A stretch of 43,943 nucleotides of DNA, from positions 1 through 43,943 of the forward strand of contig CP179887.1 in NCBI GenBank assembly GCA_047456295.1. Direction: 5' to 3'. Below, piece after piece: positions 36,658 to 43,517 of this stretch (its first letter is position 1; each line of letters opens with the position of its first letter). The notes under the pieces are model-generated. The model did no database searches. It saw only the letters and a program-made list of their open reading frames with translations, and was not told the origin of the DNA. A program made the position numbers and the translations under genes. The DNA is from Candidatus Nealsonbacteria bacterium. Lineage in GTDB: Bacteria; Patescibacteriota; Minisyncoccia; Minisyncoccales; JANBVM01.

Positions 36658-37431
36658 ATGATTTCACTACCTCTTAAGTCAAAAGTTATTCAAAAAGAAA
36701 AAAACAAAGCTGTGTTTGAAATAGAAGCTCTTTATCCTGGTTATGGAATGACAATCGGGAATTCTTTAAGAAGGGTTTTAATTTCTTCTTTAGAGGGAGC
36801 TGCCGTGACCCAGATGAAGATAAAGAATGTTTCTCATGAGTTTTCCGTCATCCCCGGGGTGTTGGAAGATGTAATCAATATTATGCTCAATTTAAAGCAG
36901 TTACGATTCAAGGTTTTTACCAAAGAACCCCAAAAAGCCTTATTAAAGGTAAAGGGTGAAAAAAAGGTAAGGGGTTCAGATTTTAAACTACCAAGCCAAT
37001 TAGAGTTGATTAATAAAGAAGCCCATATAGCTACCTTGACTGATAAAAAAGCAAAGCTGGAAATAGAAATCCAGGTTTCAAAAGGAATAGGATATGTATC
37101 CAAAGAAGCTAGGAAAAAAGAGAAATTAGAAGTGGGAGTGGTTCTCTTGGATGCTATTTTCACTCCAGTAAAAAGAGTAGCTTTTAGGGTGGAGAATATG
37201 AGGGTGGGCAAGAGAACAGACTTTGACAGGTTGTTTTTGGAGATTGAGACAGATGGTACCATTTCTCCCCAACAGGCATTTTCCCAGTCTTCAGAAATTT
37301 TATTCAAACATTTTAATTTGTTTTTTGAAACCTTTAAGGAAAAAGAAAAACCCTTGATTAAAAAAGAAAAAGAAAAGCCAAGAAAAAGTAAAAAACATGA
37401 AAAAAAGAAAAAAAGGAAGAAAGCTAAGTAG
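36658..37431 (+). CDS. rpoA: DNA-directed RNA polymerase alpha subunit, N-terminal domain only, with a Lys-rich tail
   Basis: GYGMTIGNSLRRVLISSLEGAAV, VLLDAIFTPVKRVAFRVEN.RVGKRTDFDRLFLEIETDGTI. Ends KEKEKPRKSKKHEKKKKRKKAK at 257 aa with no HhH alpha-CTD. Confidence 0.9.
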   Translation: MISLPLKSKVIQKEKNKAVFEIEALYPGYGMTIGNSLRRVLISSLEGAAVTQMKIKNVSHEFSVIPGVLEDVINIMLNLKQLRFKVFTKEPQKALLKVKGEKKVRGSDFKLPSQLELINKEAHIATLTDKKAKLEIEIQVSKGIGYVSKEARKKEKLEVGVVLLDAIFTPVKRVAFRVENMRVGKRTDFDRLFLEIETDGTISPQQAFSQSSEILFKHFNLFFETFKEKEKPLIKKEKEKPRKSKKHEKKKKRKKAK

Positions 37432-37747
37432 AAAAAGCAATCAGAGAAGAGCGCTTTTGAATTCTTTGGCAAGAGAATTGTTTTTAAGAGAAAAGATTAA
37501 AACCACTGAGGCTAAAGCCAAAGAGGTTTCAGGTTTTGCTGAAAAACAGATTACCAAAGCCAAGATAGGCAATCTCAGTTCAAGGAGATTATTAGCCAGA
37601 AGGTTTTCTCCAGAGGTGGTTAAAAAAATGATTGATGAAATTGCTCCAAGATATAAAGACAGGAAGGGAGGATATACGAGAATCATAAAGATGGGACCAA
37701 GAAGGAGTGATGGAGCAAGAATGGCAATAATAGAACTAGTAAAATAA
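37397..37747 (+). CDS. rplQ: 50S ribosomal protein L17
   Basis: MKKRKKGRKLSRKSNQRRALLNSLARELFLREKIKTTEAKAKE. Overlaps the rpoA tail by 35 nt in another frame. Confidence 0.93.
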   Translation: MKKRKKGRKLSRKSNQRRALLNSLARELFLREKIKTTEAKAKEVSGFAEKQITKAKIGNLSSRRLLARRFSPEVVKKMIDEIAPRYKDRKGGYTRIIKMGPRRSDGARMAIIELVK

Positions 37748-37748
37748 T

Positions 37749-38105
37749 ATGGAACGCAAAACCCACATTATTGACGCAAAGAATAAGGTTTTGGGCCGAT
37801 TAGCCAGCCATATTGCTGTTCTTTTGCGGGGCAAACAAAGACCTGATTTTGTGCCATACAAGGATACAGGGGATTTTATAATTATTAAAAATATAAAGGA
37901 AATAAAGATTACAGGGAAAAAAATGGAACAGAAAAAATATTACAGATATTCAGGATATATGGGAGGATTGAAGGAAATTCCTTTAAAGAGGCTCTTTAAA
38001 GAAAATCCTGGTGAGGTTTTAAAAAGAGCAGTTTACGGAATGATGCCGAAGAATAAATTAAGGGAAAGACAGATAAAGAGATTAAAATTTGAAAAATCTG
38101 ATTAA
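37749..38105 (+). CDS. rplM: 50S ribosomal protein L13 (short, 118 aa)
   Basis: HIIDAKNKVLGRLASHIAVLLRGKQRPDFVPYKDTGDFIIIKN ... GMMPKNKL. Confidence 0.93.
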   Translation: MERKTHIIDAKNKVLGRLASHIAVLLRGKQRPDFVPYKDTGDFIIIKNIKEIKITGKKMEQKKYYRYSGYMGGLKEIPLKRLFKENPGEVLKRAVYGMMPKNKLRERQIKRLKFEKSD

Positions 38106-38134
38106 ATTTTTAAAATTTTCGTATTTTAATATTT

Positions 38135-38674
38135 ATGCCAAAAACCAAAACCAAGAAAAAAACCAAGACAAAACCCAAGAAAAAGGTTAAAGCGGTTAAA
38201 AAGAAAGCAAGGAAAAAAGTAAAGAAAGTGAAAAAGAAGGTAGAAAAGAAGGTAGAAAAGAAGGAAAAACCTGTTGTTAAGCCTGATAAGTATTACGAGA
38301 GTGAAGGCAGGAGAAAGACAGCTGTAGCCAGGGTAAGGATTTGGACCAAAGGAAGCAAGGAATTTTTGGTAAATCAAAAACCGTTGGAGAAGTATTTTCC
38401 TACTCTTGAGCTTCAAAAAAAAGCTTTAGCTTCTTTGGAAACAATGAAGTGTCTTGATAAGTTTAAGGTTTCTATTGTTGTAAGAGGAGGAGGGTTATCC
38501 AGTCAGGCTGAGGCGATTCGTCATGGGATAGCCAGAGTCCTTATTCTTTTTAATCCTGATTTCAGGAAAAGATTAAAAAAAGCTGGTTTTTTAAGGAGAG
38601 ATTCCAGAATGAGAGAAAGGAAGAAGCCAGGTTTGAAGCGCGCAAGAAGAGCCCCTCAGTGGAAGAAGAGATAA
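38135..38674 (+). CDS. rpsI: 30S ribosomal protein S9 with a ~50-aa Lys-rich N-terminal extension
   Basis: GRRKTAVARVRIW ... GGGLSSQAEAIRHGIARVL ... LRRDSRMRERKKPGLKRARRAPQWKKR. No alternative start exists downstream of the extension. Confidence 0.93.
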   Translation: MPKTKTKKKTKTKPKKKVKAVKKKARKKVKKVKKKVEKKVEKKEKPVVKPDKYYESEGRRKTAVARVRIWTKGSKEFLVNQKPLEKYFPTLELQKKALASLETMKCLDKFKVSIVVRGGGLSSQAEAIRHGIARVLILFNPDFRKRLKKAGFLRRDSRMRERKKPGLKRARRAPQWKKR

Positions 38675-38698
38675 AAAGTGTTTATTGAGAATTTATTG

Positions 38699-38723
38699 GC
38701 AGTCTTATATAGACTGCTTTTTT
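38699..38723 (+). terminator. intrinsic terminator ending the ribosomal super-operon
   Basis: GCAGTCT-TATAT-AGACTGC followed by TTTTTT. Confidence 0.75.
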
Positions 38724-38778
38724 ATTGGAAATGAGAGGAAAGGAATACTGAGCTTTAATTTAAAACAAAAGCTAAAAT

Positions 38779-38809
38779 AAAAAACTCTTTTTATAAAATT
38801 AAAAAAGAG
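38779..38809 (-). terminator. intrinsic terminator (minus strand)
   Basis: On the minus strand: CTCTTTTT-9 nt-AAAAAGAG followed by TTTTTTATTTT. Confidence 0.55.
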
Positions 38810-38931
38810 GAAAAAAAATTTATTTAGTTTTTAAAGTGCAAAGAAGTATTTTTATAATCCTTCTTTATCTAACTGGTTTATCATTTTTTCTAATGTTTTG
38901 ATATCTTTATAACCCACTAGTTTCAAAGTAT

Positions 38932-39135
38932 CTAAGATTTTTTTATAATCTCAGATTCTCTTATTTCTCTTCGTGGAACTAAGATAGTTAGTTCCATGAT
39001 TATTCCTTTTTTCGTTTCTTCACTTAAACTCGTAGAATCTTGTATTTCAGTTAATACTTTATTTAGATCCGTAAAATTTCCCTTTCCTTTTATGACAATT
39101 TTCTGAGTTTCAATATGTAATTTTTTAAAATTCAT
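38932..39135 (-). CDS. hypothetical 67-aa protein (possibly extended to ~95 aa by a -1 frameshift)
   Basis: ORF behind a consensus promoter. An A_AAA_AAA heptamer at 38944-38938 lies two sense codons before the stop, and the -1 frame stays open to 38852. Confidence 0.4.
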   Translation of the reverse strand: MNFKKLHIETQKIVIKGKGNFTDLNKVLTEIQDSTSLSEETKKGIIMELTILVPRREIRESEIIKKS

Positions 39136-39169
39136 TCAATCAACTCTTAAAACATATTTTATTACTGTT

Positions 39170-39198
39170 ATTATACACAATAAATTTCAATTTGTCAA
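39170..39198 (-). promoter_or_regulatory. consensus sigma70 promoter TTGACA-17-TATAAT (minus strand)
   Basis: The reverse complement of 39193-39198 is TTGACA and of 39170-39175 is TATAAT, with a 17-nt spacer. Drives the 67-aa ORF. Confidence 0.65.
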
Positions 39199-39207
39199 AC
39201 AAATAAC

Positions 39208-39219
39208 ATATGTACATAT
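39208..39219. promoter_or_regulatory. perfect 12-bp palindrome ATATGTACATAT between divergent promoters
   Basis: Read directly. It lies upstream of both -35 hexamers and is a candidate operator. Confidence 0.35.
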
Positions 39220-39231
39220 TACTATATTCTC

Positions 39232-39260
39232 TCGACAACTAATTATAAATTGATTATAAT
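39232..39260 (+). promoter_or_regulatory. candidate promoter TCGACA-17-TATAAT
   Basis: Hexamers at 39232-39237 and 39255-39260. Implies the start codon at 39277 with a very short leader. Confidence 0.45.
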
Positions 39261-39276
39261 GATTGTATATAAAGAC

Positions 39277-39972
39277 ATGCTTAAAGAACTCATAAACCAA
39301 TTTTATTTAGATCGCCAAAGAGATAGACAAAGAACTCATTTTTATATTACTGATGCTGGAAAGTGTCCCAGGGCAATATTTTATAAATTCAAGAAGGTCC
39401 CCAAGGCGGAAATGGAAGCTAGAATCTTGAGATTGTTTGATCACGGTAACCATATTCATCAACTCATTATGAAACCCTTATTGAGTTTGAAACAAATTCA
39501 TGTGGTTGCTTCTGAAGTGAATATTCCTCCCAAGGAATTAATCGGGGGGAGGGCTGATGCCATCATCAGTGACGGTAAGCAATTGTATGTAGTTGATATT
39601 AAAAGCATGAACAGCATGATATTTAAGAATATGGTTATACCCAAAGAGGAAAACGTTGATCAACTCCAACTCTATTTGCATTTTTTTAAAATCTCAAAGG
39701 GAATTTTGCTCTATGTGAACAAAGACAACCAGAAGTTAAAAGAGTTTTTATTTGATTATGATGCTGCTCGAGTCCAGAGGCTTTTAAAGGGCTTAACTGA
39801 ACTTAAAAGGAAAATTGATTCAAACATTATTCCTGCCAGACTTGCTGATTGGTCGGAAAACTGGCAATGTCGTTATTGTCAGTATGCCCAGGTTTGTCAG
39901 ATGACGGGAGAAGGAAATGTTAATTGGGAGGAATTCAAAAAAAGAATCCAGATGCAAAATAAAGCTGTTTAA
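39277..39972 (+). CDS. Cas4-like PD-(D/E)xK nuclease with a 4-Cys cluster
   Basis: C-x(n)-CxxCx5C pattern (KCPR ... CRYCQYAQVC), GRADAII, VVDIKS (D/ExK), QLQLYL (QxxxY). The track ORF starts at 39250 (TTG); ATGs at 39259 and 39277. Confidence 0.7.
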   Translation: MLKELINQFYLDRQRDRQRTHFYITDAGKCPRAIFYKFKKVPKAEMEARILRLFDHGNHIHQLIMKPLLSLKQIHVVASEVNIPPKELIGGRADAIISDGKQLYVVDIKSMNSMIFKNMVIPKEENVDQLQLYLHFFKISKGILLYVNKDNQKLKEFLFDYDAARVQRLLKGLTELKRKIDSNIIPARLADWSENWQCRYCQYAQVCQMTGEGNVNWEEFKKRIQMQNKAV

Positions 39973-40037
39973 ACTTGTTATATTATTTTTATTTAATGAG
40001 GATTTAGGGGTTTGAGTCTTATGTGGGGAGTTGTGAA

Positions 40038-40062
40038 CTCGAGATATTATCTCGGGTTTTTT
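40038..40062 (+). terminator. intrinsic terminator after the Cas4-like gene
   Basis: CTCGAGAT-ATT-ATCTCGGG followed by TTTTTT. Confidence 0.7.
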
Positions 40063-40098
40063 AGTTGACAAACTCTTTAAATAATATAGTAAGATAAT

Positions 40099-40224
40099 AT
40101 GACGCTCTTTAAAGATTTTCAAGATATTGACGAAAAAGAAGAAAAGGAGAAGGAAGAAGAAAAAGAAGAAATAAAAAAAGGAGTTAAGAAAATAAAGAAA
40201 GCATTGGAAACTCCTTCTGATTGA
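40099..40224 (+). CDS. possible 41-aa highly charged peptide
   Basis: MTLFKDFQDIDEKEEKEKEEEKEEIKKGVKKIKKALETPSD. Lies between TTGACA (40065-40070) and a terminator. Low complexity, so coding status is uncertain. Confidence 0.25.
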   Translation: MTLFKDFQDIDEKEEKEKEEEKEEIKKGVKKIKKALETPSD

Positions 40225-40245
40225 ACTTTTCTTTTTCTATTTCTC

Positions 40246-40278
40246 AGTGGTTTTAATTATAATTTTAACCACTTTTTT
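40246..40278 (+). terminator. intrinsic terminator
   Basis: AGTGGTT-loop-AACCACT followed by TTTTT. Confidence 0.6.
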
Positions 40279-40433
40279 ATTTCATAGCCTCTAAGACCAA
40301 TGTTTTTATATGGTCGCACAGACTTCAAACTTGAAACAGGAACATTTTGGATTATTTCTAACATCGTCCGTTCCCTTGGAATATTTTAGCCCGAAAGTTT
40401 TTCTCAGGGCTTTATTTTGTGGATAATTAATGC

Positions 40434-40462
40434 TTGACACGATATAGTTACGGGTATATACT
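40434..40462 (+). promoter_or_regulatory. candidate promoter TTGACA-17-TATACT for the NifX-like/CDF operon
   Basis: Hexamers at 40434-40439 and 40457-40462. A second TATAAT lies nearer the gene, within caggTATAATag. Confidence 0.5.
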
Positions 40463-40571
40463 CATAACATAGAAGTCAGAATGTAAGTTTTTTTTTCAAA
40501 AATATTATAGTAAATAAAAATAACAAATTCAGGTATAATAGTATAATAAATAATGTTATCAAAAAATAGTT

Positions 40572-41000
40572 ATGAAAATCTGTATTGTTTCTTTCGGTAA
40601 AACCCTAAGTTCTTCAATTAGCCCTCGATTTGGTAGGGCACCATATTTTTTAATTTTAGATAAACAAGGAAATTTAAAAGATGTTTTATCTAACCAGGGA
40701 GTGGAAACTATGAGGGGAGCGGGTATTGCAGCTGCCCAACAGATTGTTTCTAAAGGAATTGAAGTTTTAATAACAGGCAACATTGGCCCCAATGCATTTG
40801 GTGTTTTGGGAACAGCAGGAATTAGAGTTTTTTCAGCACCCTTTGATCTTACGGTAAAGGAGGTTTTTTTAATGTGGAAAAGAGACAAATTAACCCAGGT
40901 TAAGCTTCCTTCAGGTCCAGGACGCTTTGGACAGAGAGGATTTGGAAAGGGTTTTGGACCAGATCCTAAAAGACGTAGATACAGAAATAGAGGAAGATAA
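40572..41000 (+). CDS. NifX/NifB-C-type (Nitro_FeMo-Co, COG1433-like) domain protein with a Gly/Arg-rich tail
   Basis: KICIVSFGKTLSSSISPRFGRAPYFLILD ... GIEVLITGNIGPNAFGVLGTAGIRVF; tail GPGRFGQRGFGKGFGPDPKRRRYRNRGR. Confidence 0.7.
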   Translation: MKICIVSFGKTLSSSISPRFGRAPYFLILDKQGNLKDVLSNQGVETMRGAGIAAAQQIVSKGIEVLITGNIGPNAFGVLGTAGIRVFSAPFDLTVKEVFLMWKRDKLTQVKLPSGPGRFGQRGFGKGFGPDPKRRRYRNRGR

Positions 41001-41008
41001 TTTAAAAT

Positions 41009-42253
41009 ATGCAAAAAAAAGAGATTTTAAAAATAGGGGAAGTTACAGCAAAAAAAGTCAGCATAATTGTTTTTTTATTAGCTTTTCTAAAAGCCCTGAT
41101 TGGATATATTTCTGGAAGCATCGCTCTTTTATCTGATGCTTTTCATAGTATTGGAGATGCCTTTGCTGTTCTTTTTGTGTGGGTTGGTTTTAAAATATCT
41201 CAAAGGGAGCCCACTGAAAAATTTCCTTACGGCTTTTATAAAGTAGAAAATATTGTTTCTTTGATTGTTTCTATTTTAATTATTTTTGCTGGCTATGAGA
41301 TTGCTCAAGAAAGTTATAAAAGAATATTCATCTCTTATGACTTAAAGATTCCTTTATTGGCTATAGCTGTGGCGGTTTTAGACGCAATAATCATTTTTCT
41401 ACTGGGTAGTTATGAAGTGAAGGTTGGGGAAAAAATAAACTCCCAGAGTTTGATTATTGACGGAAAAGAATCGAGATTACATATTATTTCTTCTTTATTG
41501 GTGGCAGTTGGAATTATTTCTTCTTTTTTTGGAATTTTGGGAGTAGAAGGAATTGTGGGTCTTTTACTCTCTTTACTTATTTTTAAGGTTGGTATCGAGT
41601 CAGTTAAAGATTCAGTTTATGCTCTAATGGATGTTAGTCCGAGCAAAGAAATAGAGCAGGCAGTTAAAGATGTTTTAAACTCTATGCCGGACATTAAGGA
41701 TTTTTCAGGTTTAAGATTGAGGAAATCAGGTCCTTTTATTTTTGGAGAGACAAATATTAAGATTAAAAAATTTGTAGAAGTGGAGAGAGCTCACGGAATT
41801 GCAGATAAAGCAGAGAAAAAAGTGAAAGACATTGTTCCTCAAATAGACTCTTTTATTGTTCATGTAGAACCTTTTAGTCCGCTCGAGAAAAAAATCATCA
41901 TCCCGGTAAAAGAAAAACATGGTCTCAATTCTCAAATTGATAAACGTTTTGCCAGGGCAGAATTCTTTGCTGTTTTAAAATTAAAAAAAGATAAGATTGA
42001 ATCCTTTGATTTTAAAGAAAATCCCTTTAAGGAAAAAGAAATAAGGGCAGGTTTGGTTGTGGCTAAATATTTATTGGAGGAAAAACCAGATATCTTAATT
42101 ACAATGGAAATCGGTCCCATATCTTTTCACTCTTTAAGGGATAATTTAATAGAGGTTTATCAGGCAGAACAAGGAACAATAAGACAAATAATAAAAGATT
42201 TTTCAGAGAACCAATTGATTAAGTTGGAAAAGCCGACAAAAGAAAAAGAGTAA
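41009..42253 (+). CDS. cation diffusion facilitator transporter fused to a C-terminal NifX-like domain
   Basis: CDF signature SIALLSDAFHSIGDAF, about 6 TM helices, cytoplasmic CTD (..FIVHVEP), then IIIPVKEKHGLNSQIDKRFARAEFFAVL ... DILITMEIGPISFHSLRDNLIEVY, resembling the two flanking NifX-like ORFs. Confidence 0.7.
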   Translation: MQKKEILKIGEVTAKKVSIIVFLLAFLKALIGYISGSIALLSDAFHSIGDAFAVLFVWVGFKISQREPTEKFPYGFYKVENIVSLIVSILIIFAGYEIAQESYKRIFISYDLKIPLLAIAVAVLDAIIIFLLGSYEVKVGEKINSQSLIIDGKESRLHIISSLLVAVGIISSFFGILGVEGIVGLLLSLLIFKVGIESVKDSVYALMDVSPSKEIEQAVKDVLNSMPDIKDFSGLRLRKSGPFIFGETNIKIKKFVEVERAHGIADKAEKKVKDIVPQIDSFIVHVEPFSPLEKKIIIPVKEKHGLNSQIDKRFARAEFFAVLKLKKDKIESFDFKENPFKEKEIRAGLVVAKYLLEEKPDILITMEIGPISFHSLRDNLIEVYQAEQGTIRQIIKDFSENQLIKLEKPTKEKE

Positions 42254-42267
42254 TTAAAAATATTAAT

Positions 42268-42609
42268 ATGCAAATTGCTTTTCCTACAAACGGAGAAAAA
42301 TTAGAAGCAGAAATAAGTTTTCATTTTGGTCGTGTTCAAAATTATTTAATTTATAATACCCAAACAAAGGAATTTAAGATTTATTCAAACCCTGAGGTTA
42401 CAGGTAAACAAGAGCCGCCGCCAGATTTTTTAAATCGCTTAGGAGTAAATGTTGTTATAGTATTTAGTTTGGGTCCAAAAGCTTTTGATAAATTCAGGAA
42501 ATATGGAATTGAACTATATAAAGCTATTAATAAAAATATTAAAGAAAACATTAAAGAATTCCAAAAAGGCAATCTCTCACCTTTGGAAGAAAAAAGTCCT
42601 TTTTATTAA
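42268..42609 (+). CDS. NifX/NifB-C-type domain protein
   Basis: MQIAFPTNGEKLEAEISFHFGRVQNYLIYN ... VNVVIVFSLGPKAFDKFRKYGIELY. Confidence 0.65.
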   Translation: MQIAFPTNGEKLEAEISFHFGRVQNYLIYNTQTKEFKIYSNPEVTGKQEPPPDFLNRLGVNVVIVFSLGPKAFDKFRKYGIELYKAINKNIKENIKEFQKGNLSPLEEKSPFY

Positions 42610-42612
42610 AAT

Positions 42613-43443
42613 ATGAATGAAATGAAAAAAATCGCCATAACAGGAGGAAAGGGGGGTACTGGAAAATCAACATTTTCTGTTTTAATGGTAAATAGACTAA
42701 TAAAAGAAAGAAAAAGAGTTGTTCTTTGTGATTGTGATGTAGAATGCCCTAATGATTATTTGTTGCTGGGACAAAAGTTAAAAAAAGCCAGAAAAAACAT
42801 CTATGCTGAATATCCCAGATTAATTAAACAAAAATGCAAAAAATGTGGATTGTGTGTTAAAAAGTGCAGGAGTAACGCTGTGTTTCAGCCACCAAAGAAA
42901 TTTCCAATATTTATTAAAGAATTGTGTTCTTCTTGCGGAGCATGCTGGATAGTTTGTCCTCATAATGCTATAAAACAAAAAAGAGAAAAAGTAGGCCAAG
43001 TTTTTATTAATAGAATTAAAAGTAATTTTTGGCTGGTAACAGGATTGGCTAATCCTGTAGTGGAAGAAACAGGTCCCATAGTTTTAAAAACCAAAAAATT
43101 TGCTTTAGATTTTGCTAAAAAACAAAAAGCAGATATCATCTTATTTGATACAGCTCCCGGTACCCATTGTCCGGTAATTTCAGCTTTACTGGATTGTGAT
43201 TTAGCTTATGCTGTTACTGAGCCCACCCCAATGGGAGCCCACGATTTGAATTTGATTTTAGATTTGTGCCAAAAACTCAAAGTGCCAGCTAAGGTAATTC
43301 TTAACCAAGCTGATTTAGGTGATAAGAAAAAAATTTACCCCATCGCCAAGAAATTTGGTGTGGGGGTTGAGAAAGAAATTCCTTATTCAAGGAAATTAGT
43401 CGAAGCTTATTCAAAAGGTCGGTTGTTAGATTTTAACTTATGA
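42613..43443 (+). CDS. MinD/Mrp-superfamily P-loop ATPase with an inserted 2x[4Fe-4S] ferredoxin domain (COG1149-like)
   Basis: Deviant Walker A GGKGGTGKST, CDCDVECPN, CKKCGLCVKKC, CSSCGACWIVCP, DTAPGTHCP. Confidence 0.8.
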   Translation: MNEMKKIAITGGKGGTGKSTFSVLMVNRLIKERKRVVLCDCDVECPNDYLLLGQKLKKARKNIYAEYPRLIKQKCKKCGLCVKKCRSNAVFQPPKKFPIFIKELCSSCGACWIVCPHNAIKQKREKVGQVFINRIKSNFWLVTGLANPVVEETGPIVLKTKKFALDFAKKQKADIILFDTAPGTHCPVISALLDCDLAYAVTEPTPMGAHDLNLILDLCQKLKVPAKVILNQADLGDKKKIYPIAKKFGVGVEKEIPYSRKLVEAYSKGRLLDFNL

Positions 43444-43517
43444 TTTATCGCCTATGGCTATTATTTCTTCTTTTTGTATTTTTTCTGAATAAAAGAGCTA
43501 AATTTAAAATTTGAATT

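Noticed and set aside
38236-38264. Tandem 12-nt repeat GAAGGTAGAAAA x2.4.
   Set aside because: It lies inside the Lys-rich N-terminal extension of rpsI (KKVEKKVEKK). It is coding low complexity, not a CRISPR or regulatory repeat.
40279-40433. Short ORFs on both strands (29 aa on plus from 40300; 35 aa on minus, MLEIIQNVPVSSLKSVRPYKNIGLRGYEIKKWLKL) and an AGCCC...GGGCT hairpin with a T-tract at 40388-40419.
   Set aside because: Neither ORF has a recognisable family, promoter or RBS. This may be a gene remnant or a small transcript, but I cannot support either call.
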